A stretch of 63,302 nt of DNA, counting the filler, from an uncultured Planctomycetaceae bacterium (GTDB lineage: Bacteria > Planctomycetota > Planctomycetia > Planctomycetales > Planctomycetaceae), in NCBI GenBank assembly GCA_963976765.1. It is 6 parts of 6 records of this genome, joined end to end, with 100 filler letters (N's around TTAATTAATTAA, not from the genome) between each part and the next. Parts side by side here need not be neighbours in the genome. Positions count along the whole stretch, not along the records: positions 1 to 12,198 come from CAXBME010000065.1; positions 12,299 to 24,318 come from CAXBME010000066.1; 4 more parts are not named here. The stretch is one strand, 5' to 3'. Below the pieces are notes generated by a model. That model was not told the origin of the DNA. It ran no database searches and saw only the letters and a program-made list of their open reading frames with translations. Each line of letters starts with the position of its first letter. Position 1 is the first letter of the stretch. Position numbers and translations under genes: made by a program. Shown piece by piece: positions 9,853 to 21,300 of the stretch.

Positions 9853-10163
9853 AGAAGCTGCCTCCAGTCCGGCAATCCTCGTCGCATGTCTTTCGTGGTT
9901 TTCACTGCGTCGAACTGCTCAGCGTCGAACGGACCATACCACTGAAGGAAGTCTTGGTGCTGGTCATTCTGAGGATCAGCGAGAATCTCAAGGTACTCGG
10001 CATAGCCCCAGACGCCGCCGACATCTTCTGGCGGGCAGGCCCGTTCGCCTTCAAGGCACTGAGGATAGCGGGCACCTTTGGCAGCCCGAACCTTCCGACT
10101 TTCCGTCAGCGTCTTGTGCTTTTCCTGCAACGTCATCATCAACTTCGTTCTCCGAAAGCTCAC
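9849..10163 (-). pseudogene. Plasmid pRiA4b ORF-3 family protein, C-terminal half only
   Basis: YPQCLEGERACPPEDVGGVWGYAEYLE...FDAEQFD. The usual N-terminal half is absent. Confidence 0.7.
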
Positions 10164-10654
10164 GCTTCATCTTCATCTTCGTCAGCGTCACGAGACGCTC
10201 TCTTCGTGATCCAGCACGAACCGTGTTTCGACATTCCGATGTGCGGGTAGTAGTCAGCGGCCTTTGGAGCCGCCAACAGAACCAACGTCGTATGCAGCCC
10301 TGCGGCTTCGTGCGTGAGACGGATCAGTTCCCGGCCAATACCCCGCCTCTGAAACTCCTCATCGACGGCCAGATCGGATAGATATGTGCAGTAGCCAAAG
10401 TCTGTGATGGCTCGTGAGACACCGACGATCCGATTCCCGGAACGTGCCGTTATGATGACATCCCCATTCGCCAGCATGGCCCGGATGGTTTCAGGCTCAT
10501 CAACCGGTCGTCGTTCTGCGAGAGTAGATCGCAGCAGGACATCCACGAACTCTTCTGATGTAAGGTCCGGCTCAAGCTGGTAAGTCACTTCGTCCAAGAT
10601 GCTGGTCCTGTCATGCTGAGTGCCGTGGGCTGTTCCGGGGTCGGCATCTCTCAT
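10160..10654 (-). CDS. GNAT family N-acetyltransferase
   Basis: [27 protein letters not shown]...YYPHIG. Confidence 0.85.
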   Translation of the reverse strand: MRDADPGTAHGTQHDRTSILDEVTYQLEPDLTSEEFVDVLLRSTLAERRPVDEPETIRAMLANGDVIITARSGNRIVGVSRAITDFGYCTYLSDLAVDEEFQRRGIGRELIRLTHEAAGLHTTLVLLAAPKAADYYPHIGMSKHGSCWITKRASRDADEDEDEA

Positions 10655-10666
10655 TTGAGATCAATC

Positions 10667-11545
10667 ATGATACGCACTTTCCTTCTGCTGATGCTCCTGT
10701 TGAGCTTGGAAATCCGGTCGCTGGATGCCGCCGACAAGCCGCTCAAGGTCTTCATCCTTGCGGGCCAATCGAACATGGTCGGCTGGGGTGACAGTCAAAA
10801 GTTGCCCGACGAACTCAGAACAGGCAACGACCGGGTGCTGATGTTCGAGAATGGCAAGTGGCAACCGCTGAAACCCAATCGGAAGGCTGCGAAGAACCAG
10901 CAGAAGTTTGGAATGACCGAGTTCTCGTTTGGTCCTGAAATCGCCTTTGGTCACGAGATGACCAAGGCATGGCCCGAGGAGACTATCGGCATCATCAAAC
11001 TGGCGGTGGGCGGTACGAGCATCCTGACGTGGAAACCAGACTGGTCGAAGGAAGATGCCAATCGGGTTGGCCAAGGACGAACCGGTTCGCTTTACAAGCA
11101 ACTGATTCAAAAGGTCGATCAGGCACGCAAAGCCCGAGAGATCGAGATCGTCGGCTTCCTGTGGCTTCAGGGTGGCGGGGACATGAAGAACATCGCCGTC
11201 GCCGAGGAGTATCTCGACAATCTGAAATCACTCGTCGCAGCCATCAGACGGGACACTGGAGTTCCCAATCTCCCGTTTCTGTGTGGATCGATGCGGCGCA
11301 GCGAAGACCCTGACGACATCTCTGACATTACACCGCAGCGAGTGGCGGGACCGTATCCCGCTGTCGAATTCGTGCTGAAGGCTCAATGGGCTGCCCAGAC
11401 CGAAATCCCGCACACACGAACTGTCATCCTGCGGGACATTGAGAAACATCCGATGAACGTGCATTACAACACCGCAGGACAACTTGAAACCGGCAGGTTA
11501 TTTGCCAAGGCGTTTTTGACCATGAGCAAAGTCGGTAGCCAGTGA
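10667..11545 (+). CDS. Sialate O-acetylesterase-like (SASA/SGNH) secreted protein
   Basis: VFILAGQSNM, FGPEIAFG, GFLWLQG, VHYN. Signal peptide present. Confidence 0.85.
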   Translation: MIRTFLLLMLLLSLEIRSLDAADKPLKVFILAGQSNMVGWGDSQKLPDELRTGNDRVLMFENGKWQPLKPNRKAAKNQQKFGMTEFSFGPEIAFGHEMTKAWPEETIGIIKLAVGGTSILTWKPDWSKEDANRVGQGRTGSLYKQLIQKVDQARKAREIEIVGFLWLQGGGDMKNIAVAEEYLDNLKSLVAAIRRDTGVPNLPFLCGSMRRSEDPDDISDITPQRVAGPYPAVEFVLKAQWAAQTEIPHTRTVILRDIEKHPMNVHYNTAGQLETGRLFAKAFLTMSKVGSQ

Positions 11546-11579
11546 CAGGTTATCTCCGCAGAACGCAGGCACAATCAGG

Positions 11580-11625
11580 ACCACCGGCAGAGCCGGGGGT
11601 ATGAGGAAGGCCCCTAAAAGGGGCC
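11580..11625. repeat. Palindromic REP / IS200-IS605-end-like remnant
   Basis: CCACCGGCAGAGCCGGGGG and GCCCCTAAAAGGGGC form two hairpins exactly where the integrase frame begins. Confidence 0.4.
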
Positions 11626-12148
11626 GTGGGTTAAGTGGCTGACAGAACGTCTGACAGCTCGACGGCACGCCGTTCGGAACTCACCAACCGTCAGCTTCAA
11701 AGCGGGGGCTGCGCGGCGACAGGGCGACGACAACGAAGCTGAGCTGTCACCGGACGACCTGCTGTTCAATGTGCCGTCGAGTCTGTTGCGAGTGCTGGAC
11801 CGTGACTTAAAGGCCGCTGGCATCGCGAAACGAGACGACCGTGGTCGGACGCTCGACATTCACGCTTTGCGGCACACGTTCGGCACTCATTTGAGCCGGG
11901 CAGGTGTCCCGCTGCGGACAACTCAGGCTGCCATGCGGCATTCGTCTCCAGTTCTCACGGCGAACGTCTACACGGATCCGAGATTACTCGACGTTCACGG
12001 AGCGGTCGAGTCACTGCCAGCACTCACGTCAAACGGCGCGCCCCGCCACGATGAAGCTGAGAAACTGCGGGCTACCGGGACAGCTGACGATGGCCTCGAA
12101 CAGTTTGCCCCATATGCTGATGATGTCCCGCTGAGTGTTGAAAGTTGA
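11626..12148 (+). pseudogene. Tyrosine recombinase/integrase, 5'-truncated
   Basis: DIHALRHTFGT...AMRHSS..LTANVY carries the catalytic H-x-x-R, H and Y. The frame is open only from about 11620. Confidence 0.85.
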
Positions 12149-12198
12149 AAATCCGGTGGCGGCTCCTTTGCCCTTTCGATGTACGATCGGGCAGCTTT

Positions 12199-12298
12199 NN
12201 NNNNNNNNNNNNNNNNNNNNNNNNNNNNNNNNNNNNNNNNNNTTAATTAATTAANNNNNNNNNNNNNNNNNNNNNNNNNNNNNNNNNNNNNNNNNNNN
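12199..12298. other. Artificial contig linker
   Basis: N44-TTAATTAATTAA-N44, with stops in all six frames. Confidence 0.98.
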
Positions 12299-12300
12299 TG

Positions 12301-15300
12301 ACGATCTCCGGTGTTCCGGACGGGGCAACCTTGTCGGCAGGCACGGATAATGGTGACGGTACCTGGACGCTGAGCTCAGGTGATCTTGAAGGTCTGACGA
12401 TTACGCCAGCGGATGACTTCTCTGGCAGCTTTGATCTGGGCGTCACTGCTCAGTCTGCTGATGGTGAAGATGTCGCCGTAACAACAGATAGCCTGACGGT
12501 TGATGTTGCCGGTGTCGCGGATGCGCCAACACTTGAGACGTCGAACGCTTCTGGCAACGAAGATTCTGCCATTGCACTGGATATCGACGCAGGCCTTACC
12601 GATAGCTCGGAAGTTCTGACGGTGACCATCTCTGGCGTACCGGATGGTGCGACCCTGTCGGCGGGTACGGATAATGGCGATGGTACTTGGACGTTGTCGT
12701 CTGGTGACCTTGAAGGTCTGACGATTACGCCAGCCGATGACTTCTCTGGCAGTTTTGATCTCGGCGTTACCGCTCAGTCTGCGGATGGTGAAGACGTTGC
12801 GACGACCAGCGGATCAATTACGGTTGATGTTGCGGGTGTTGCGGATGCGCCGAGGCTTGATGTTGCGGATGCGTCTGGTACTGAAGATTCAGCGATAGCA
12901 CTCGATATCGACGCCGGGCTAACAGATTCCAGCGAGACACTTACAGTCACGATCTCTGGCGTTCCGGATGGTGCGACCCTGTCGGCTGGTGCCAATAATG
13001 GCGATGGGACCTGGACGCTGAGCTCAACCGACCTTGAAGGCCTGTCGATCACACCGGCGGATGACTTCTCTGGAAGCTTTGACTTGGGTGTCACCGCCCA
13101 GTCTGCGGATGGTGAAAACGTTGCCAATGTTAGCGATACCATCACAGTTGATGTAGCTGGCGTTGCAGATGCGCCAACGCTGGAAACGTCGAACGCTTCT
13201 GGCAATGAAGACAGTGCCATTGCGCTGGATATTGATGCGGGTCTGACCGACAGCTCTGAAACACTGACGGTCACCATCTCCGGTGTTCCGGACGGTGCGA
13301 CCCTGTCGGCGGGCACGGATAACGGTGACGGTACATGGACGCTATCGTCTGGTGACCTTGAAGGCTTGACGATTACACCGGCCGACGACTTCTCTGGCAG
13401 CTTTGATCTTGGTGTGACGGCCCAGTCTGCGGATGGCGAGGATGTCGCCACGACCAGTGGATCAATCACGGTTGATGTCGCCGGTGTTGCCGACGCGCCA
13501 ACACTTGAACTTACAGATGCGATGGGTGCTGAAGATTCTGCCATTGCACTAGATATTGATGCAGGCTTGGCGGATAGCTCCGAGACTTTGACAGTCACGA
13601 TCTCCGGTGTTCCGGATGGTGCGACCCTGTCGGCCGGTACGGATAACGGTGACGGCATCTGGACGTTGTCGTCTGGTGACCTTGAAGGTCTGACGATTAC
13701 ACCTGCGGATGACTTTAGCGGTTCGTTCGATCTTGATGTTACAGCGCAGTCGGCAGATGGCGAAGATGTAGCGACGACTTCTGGTTCGATCACGGTTGAT
13801 GTCGCCGGTGTTGCCGACGCGCCAACACTTGAGACCACCAATGCGTCTGGCAATGAAGACAGTGCGATTGCACTTGATATCGATGCGGCTCTGACAGATT
13901 CCAGTGAAGTTCTCACTGTGACGATCTCTGGCGTGCCGGATGGCGCAACCTTGTCTGCTGGTACCGACAATGGCGATGGCACCTGGACGTTGGAATCGGA
14001 TGACCTTGAAGGCCTGACGATCACCCCGGCGGATGACTTCTCTGGCAGCTTTGATCTTGGTGTGACGGCTCAGTCTGCCGATGGTGAAGATGTTGCCTCT
14101 GTAAGCGATTCCATCACGGTTGATGTTGCCGGTGTCGCGGATGCGCCAACACTTGAGACGTCGAACGCTTCTGGCAATGAAGACAGCGCGATTGCGCTCG
14201 ACATTGATGCCGGTCTGACAGATTCCAGTGAAGTTCTCACTGTGACGATCTCCGGTGTTCCGGACGGGGCAACCTTGTCGGCAGGCACGGATAATGGGGA
14301 TGGCACCTGGACGTTGGGATCGGATGATCTTGAGGGTCTGACGATTACGCCAGCGGATGACTTCTCTGGAAGCTTTGACTTGGGTGTCACCGCCCAGTCT
14401 GCGGATGGTGAAAACGTTGCCAATGTTAGCGATACCATCACAGTTGATGTAGCTGGTGTCGCCGATGCGCCGACGCTGGATGTGGCGGATGCGTCTGGTA
14501 CTGAAGATAGTGCGATTGCGCTCGATATTGATGCGGCTCTGACAGATTCCAGTGAAGTTCTCACTGTAACGATCTCTGGTGTTCCGGATGGTGCGACTTT
14601 GTCTGCGGGTACGGATAATGGGGATGGCACTTGGACTTTGTCGTCGGGTGATCTTGAAGGCCTGTCGATTACACCTGCAGATGACTTTAGCGGTTCGTTC
14701 GATCTTGGTGTGACTGCACAGTCTGCCGATGGTGAAGATGTTGCGACCGCTTCAGATTCGATCACGGTTGATGTCGCCGGTGTAGCTGATGCGCCGACGC
14801 TGGATGTTGCGGATGCGTCTGGCAATGAAGATTCAGCCATTGCGCTTGATATTGATGCAGGCCTTACCGACAGTTCGGAAGTTCTGACAGTCACGATCTC
14901 TGGTGTTCCGGATGGTGCGAGCCTGTCGGCGGGGACTGATAATGGTGACGGTACCTGGACCCTGTCATCGGGTGGCCTTGAAGGTCTGACAATTACACCT
15001 GCAGATGACTTCTCTGGCAGCTTCGATCTTGGTGTGACGGCACAGTCGGCTGATGGCGAAGATATTGCGACGACCTCTGATTCGATCACAGTTGATGTCG
15101 CCAGTGTTGCCGACGCGCCAACACTTGAACTTACAGATGCGATGGGTGCTGAAGATTCGGCCATTGCACTGGATATTGATGCAGGCCTGACGGATAGCTC
15201 GGAAACGCTGACGTTGACGATCTCTGGTGTTCCGGATGGTGCGACTTTGTCTGCGGGTACGGATAATGGGGATGGCACTTGGACTTTGTCGTCGGGTGAT

Positions 15301-18300
15301 CTTGAAGGCCTGTCGATTACACCTGCCGATGACTTTAGTGGTTCGTTCGATCTTAGTGTCACCGCCCAGTCTGCCGACGGTGAAGATGTCGCCGTAACAA
15401 CAGATAGCCTGACGGTTGATGTTGCGGGTGTTGCTGATGCTCCGACGTTGGAAACGTCTGACGCTAGTGGTTCGGAAGACAGCGCGATTGCGCTTGATAT
15501 TGACGCCGGGCTAACAGATTCCAGCGAGACACTTACAGTCACGATCTCTGGCGTTCCGGATGGCGCAACCTTGTCTGCTGGTACCGACAATGGCGATGGC
15601 ACCTGGACGTTGGAATCGGATGACCTTGAAGGCCTGACGATCACCCCGGCGGATGACTTCTCTGGCAGCTTTGATCTTGGTGTGACGGCTCAGTCTGCCG
15701 ATGGTGAAGATGTTGCCTCTGTAAGCGATTCCATCACGGTTGATGTTGCCGGTGTCGCGGATGCGCCAACACTTGAGACGTCGAACGCTTCTGGCAATGA
15801 AGACAGCGCGATTGCGCTCGACATTGATGCCGGTCTGACAGATTCCAGTGAAGTTCTCACTGTGACGATCTCCGGTGTTCCGGACGGGGCAACCTTGTCG
15901 GCAGGCACGGATAATGGGGATGGCACCTGGACGTTGGGATCGGATGATCTTGAGGGTCTGACGATTACGCCAGCGGATGACTTCTCTGGAAGCTTTGACT
16001 TGGGTGTCACCGCCCAGTCTGCGGATGGTGAAAACGTTGCCAATGTTAGCGATACCATCACAGTTGATGTAGCTGGTGTCGCCGATGCGCCGACGCTGGA
16101 TGTGGCGGATGCGTCTGGTACTGAAGATAGTGCGATTGCGCTCGATATTGATGCGGCTCTGACAGATTCCAGTGAAGTTCTCACTGTAACGATCTCTGGT
16201 GTTCCGGATGGTGCGACTTTGTCTGCGGGTACGGATAATGGGGATGGCACTTGGACTTTGTCGTCGGGTGATCTTGAAGGCCTGTCGATTACACCTGCAG
16301 ATGACTTTAGCGGTTCGTTCGATCTTGGTGTGACTGCACAGTCTGCCGATGGTGAAGATGTTGCGACCGCTTCAGATTCGATCACGGTTGATGTCGCCGG
16401 TGTAGCTGATGCGCCGACGCTGGATGTTGCGGATGCGTCTGGCAATGAAGATTCAGCCATTGCGCTTGATATTGATGCAGGCCTTACCGACAGTTCGGAA
16501 GTTCTGACAGTCACGATCTCTGGTGTTCCGGATGGTGCGAGCCTGTCGGCGGGGACTGATAATGGTGACGGTACCTGGACCCTGTCATCGGGTGGCCTTG
16601 AAGGTCTGACAATTACACCTGCAGATGACTTCTCTGGCAGCTTCGATCTTGGTGTGACGGCACAGTCGGCTGATGGCGAAGATATTGCGACGACCTCTGA
16701 TTCGATCACAGTTGATGTCGCCAGTGTTGCCGACGCGCCAACACTTGAACTTACAGATGCGATGGGTGCTGAAGATTCTGCCATTGCACTAGATATTGAT
16801 GCAGGCTTGGCGGATAGCTCCGAGACTTTGACAGTCACGATCTCCGGTGTTCCGGATGGTGCGACCCTGTCGGCCGGTACGGATAACGGTGACGGCATCT
16901 GGACGTTGTCGTCTGGTGACCTTGAAGGTCTGACGATTACACCTGCGGATGACTTTAGCGGTTCGTTCGATCTTGATGTTACAGCGCAGTCGGCAGATGG
17001 CGAAGATGTAGCGACGACTTCTGGTTCGATCACGGTTGATGTCGCGGGTGTTGCCGACGCGCCAACACTTGAACTTACAGATGCGATGGGTGCTGAAGAT
17101 TCGGCCATTGCACTGGATATTGATGCAGGCCTGACGGATAGCTCGGAAACGCTGACGTTGACGATCTCTGGTGTTCCGGATGGTGCGACTTTGTCTGCGG
17201 GTACGGATAATGGGGATGGCACTTGGACTTTGTCGTCGGGTGATCTTGAAGGCCTGTCGATTACACCTGCCGATGACTTTAGTGGTTCGTTCGATCTTAG
17301 TGTCACCGCCCAGTCTGCCGACGGTGAAGATGTCGCCGTAACAACAGATAGCCTGACGGTTGATGTTGCGGGTGTTGCTGATGCTCCGACGTTGGAAACG
17401 TCTGACGCTAGTGGTTCGGAAGACAGCGCGATTGCGCTTGATATTGACGCCGGGCTAACAGATTCCAGCGAGACACTTACAGTCACGATCTCTGGCGTTC
17501 CGGATGGCGCAACCTTGTCTGCTGGTACCGACAATGGCGATGGCACCTGGACGTTGGAATCGGATGACCTTGAAGGCCTGACGATCACCCCGGCGGATGA
17601 CTTCTCTGGCAGCTTTGATCTTGGTGTGACGGCTCAGTCTGCCGATGGTGAAGATGTTGCCTCTGTAAGCGATTCCATCACGGTTGATGTTGCCGGTGTC
17701 GCGGATGCGCCAACACTTGAGACGTCGAACGCTTCTGGCAATGAAGACAGCGCGATTGCGCTCGACATTGATGCCGGTCTGACAGATTCCAGTGAAGTTC
17801 TCACTGTGACGATCTCCGGTGTTCCGGACGGGGCAACCTTGTCGGCAGGCACGGATAATGGTGACGGTACCTGGACGCTGAGCTCAGGTGATCTTGAAGG
17901 TCTGACGATTACGCCAGCGGATGACTTCTCTGGCAGCTTTGATCTGGGCGTCACTGCTCAGTCTGCTGATGGTGAAGATGTCGCCGTAACAACAGATAGC
18001 CTGACGGTTGATGTTGCCGGTGTCGCGGATGCGCCAACACTTGAGACGTCGAACGCTTCTGGCAATGAAGACAGCGCGATTGCGCTCGACATTGATGCCG
18101 GTCTGACAGATTCCAGTGAAGTTCTCACTGTGACGATCTCCGGTGTTCCGGACGGGGCAACCTTGTCGGCAGGCACGGATAATGGGGATGGCACCTGGAC
18201 GTTGGGATCGGATGATCTTGAGGGTCTGACGATTACGCCAGCGGATGACTTCTCTGGAAGCTTTGACTTGGGTGTCACCGCCCAGTCTGCGGATGGTGAA

Positions 18301-21300
18301 AACGTTGCCAATGTTAGCGATACCATCACAGTTGATGTAGCTGGTGTCGCCGATGCGCCGACGCTGGATGTGGCGGATGCGTCTGGTACTGAAGATAGTG
18401 CGATTGCGCTCGATATTGATGCGGCTCTGACAGATTCCAGTGAAGTTCTCACTGTAACGATCTCTGGTGTTCCGGATGGTGCGACTTTGTCTGCGGGTAC
18501 GGATAATGGGGATGGCACTTGGACTTTGTCGTCGGGTGATCTTGAAGGCCTGTCGATTACACCTGCCGATGACTTTAGTGGTTCGTTCGATCTTAGTGTC
18601 ACCGCCCAGTCTGCCGACGGTGAAGATGTCGCCGTAACAACAGATAGCCTGACGGTTGATGTTGCGGGTGTTGCTGATGCTCCGACGTTGGAAACGTCTG
18701 ACGCTAGTGGTTCGGAAGACAGCGCGATTGCGCTTGATATTGACGCCGGGCTAACAGATTCCAGCGAGACACTTACAGTCACGATCTCTGGCGTTCCGGA
18801 TGGTGCGACCCTGTCGGCTGGTGCCGATAACGGGGATGGCACTTGGACCTTGTCGTCGGATGATCTTGCCGGGCTCTCGGTTACACCGCCTTCTGATTAT
18901 AGTGGTAGTTTCGATCTTCAAATTACAGCGAGCACACAAGACGGCGTTGATATCGCAAGTGTTTCTGACACAGTGATGGTGGATGTGATTGGCGATGCTG
19001 ATCTGCCTACACTTGAAGTTTCGAACGCCAGCGGTTCGGAAGACAGCGCAATTGCGCTTGATATTGACGCCGGGCTAACAGATTCCAGCGAGACACTTAC
19101 AGTCACGATCTCTGGCGTACCGGATGGTGCGACCCTGTCGGCTGGCACCGACAACGGTGACAGCACATGGACGCTGTCATCGGGTGATCTTGAGGGCCTG
19201 ACGATTACACCTGCGGATGATTTTAGCGGATCATTTGATCTGGGCGTGACGGCACAGTCTGCCGACGGCGAAGATGTTGCGACGACCACGGGCTCAATCA
19301 CAGTTGATGTTGCCGGTGTCGCCGATGCACCAACACTTGATGTCGTGGGTGCATCTGGAAACGAAGATTCAGCGATTGCGCTGGATATTGATGCGGGTCT
19401 AACAGATTCCAGTGAAGTTCTCTCTGTCACGATCTCCGGTGTTCCGGATGGTGCGACCCTGTCGGCGGGTACGGATAATGGTGACGGCACATGGACGCTG
19501 AGCTCAACCGACCTTGAAGGCCTGTCGATCACACCGGCGGATGACTTCTCTGGAAGCTTTGACTTGGGTGTCACCGCCCAGTCTGCGGATGGTGAAAACG
19601 TTGCCAATGTTAGCGATACCATCACAGTTGATGTAGCTGGTGTCGCCGATGCGCCGACGCTGGATGTGGCGGATGCGTCTGGTACTGAAGATAGTGCGAT
19701 TGCGCTCGATATTGATGCGGCTCTGACAGATTCCAGTGAAGTTCTCACTGTAACGATCTCTGGTGTTCCGGATGGTGCGACTTTGTCTGCGGGTACGGAT
19801 AATGGGGATGGCACTTGGACTTTGTCGTCGGGTGATCTTGAAGGCCTGTCGATTACACCTGCCGATGACTTTAGTGGTTCGTTCGATCTTAGTGTCACCG
19901 CCCAGTCTGCCGACGGTGAAGATGTCGCCGTAACAACAGATAGCCTGACGGTTGATGTTGCGGGTGTTGCTGATGCTCCGACGTTGGAAACGTCTGACGC
20001 TAGTGGTTCGGAAGACAGCGCGATTGCGCTTGATATTGACGCCGGGCTAACAGATTCCAGCGAGACACTTACAGTCACGATCTCTGGCGTTCCGGATGGT
20101 GCGACCCTGTCGGCTGGTGCCGATAACGGGGATGGCACTTGGACCTTGTCGTCGGATGATCTTGCCGGGCTCTCGGTTACACCGCCTTCTGATTATAGTG
20201 GTAGTTTCGATCTTCAAATTACAGCGAGCACACAAGACGGCGTTGATATCGCAAGTGTTTCTGACACGGTAATGGTGGATGTGATCGGTGATGCTGATCT
20301 GCCCTCGCTTGAGGTCTCCGACGCCAGTGGTTCAGAAGATAGCGCGATTGCGCTTGATATTGATGCAGGCCTTACCGACAGCTCCGAAACCCTGAGCATT
20401 ACGATCAGTGGTGTTCCCGATGGTGCGATCCTGTCGGCGGGTACTGATAATGGTGACGGTACATGGACGCTATCGTCTGGTGACCTTGAAGGCTTGACGA
20501 TTACACCGGCCGACGACTTCTCTGGCAGCTTTGATCTTGGTGTGACGGCCCAGTCTGCGGATGGCGAGGATGTCGCCACGACCAGTGGATCAATCACGGT
20601 TGATGTCGCCGGTGTTGCCGACGCGCCAACACTTGAACTTACAGATGCGATGGGTGCTGAAGATTCTGCCATTGCACTAGATATTGATGCAGGCTTGGCG
20701 GATAGCTCCGAGACTTTGACAGTCACGATCTCCGGTGTTCCGGATGGTGCGACCCTGTCGGCCGGTACGGATAACGGTGACGGCATCTGGACGTTGTCGT
20801 CTGGTGACCTTGAAGGTCTGACGATTACACCTGCGGATGACTTTAGCGGTTCGTTCGATCTTGATGTTACAGCGCAGTCGGCAGATGGCGAAGATGTAGC
20901 GACGACTTCTGGTTCGATCACGGTTGATGTCGCCGGTGTTGCCGACGCGCCAACACTTGAGACCACCAATGCGTCTGGCAATGAAGACAGTGCGATTGCA
21001 CTTGATATCGATGCGGCTCTGACAGATTCCAGTGAAGTTCTCACTGTGACGATCTCTGGCGTGCCGGATGGCGCAACCTTGTCTGCTGGTACCGACAATG
21101 GCGATGGCACCTGGACGTTGGAATCGGATGACCTTGAAGGCCTGACGATCACCCCGGCGGATGACTTCTCTGGCAGCTTTGATCTTGGTGTGACGGCTCA
21201 GTCTGCCGATGGTGAAGATGTTGCCTCTGTAAGCGATTCCATCACGGTTGATGTTGCCGGTGTCGCGGATGCGCCAACACTTGAGACGTCGAACGCTTCT

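Noticed and set aside
561..11545. Integron cassette array
   Set aside because: The genes are in mixed orientations with overlapping stops and starts. No attC-like repeats were seen, and the integrase fragment shows no IntI-specific features.
12110..12198. Possible IS end at the end of contig 1
   Set aside because: The sequence changes character after the integrase tail, but it is too short to assign and has no second copy in the window.
12243..12254. Recurrent TTAATTAATTAA palindrome as a biological motif
   Set aside because: It always sits at the centre of N runs, so it is a synthetic six-frame-stop linker. ORFs ending in it are artefactually closed.
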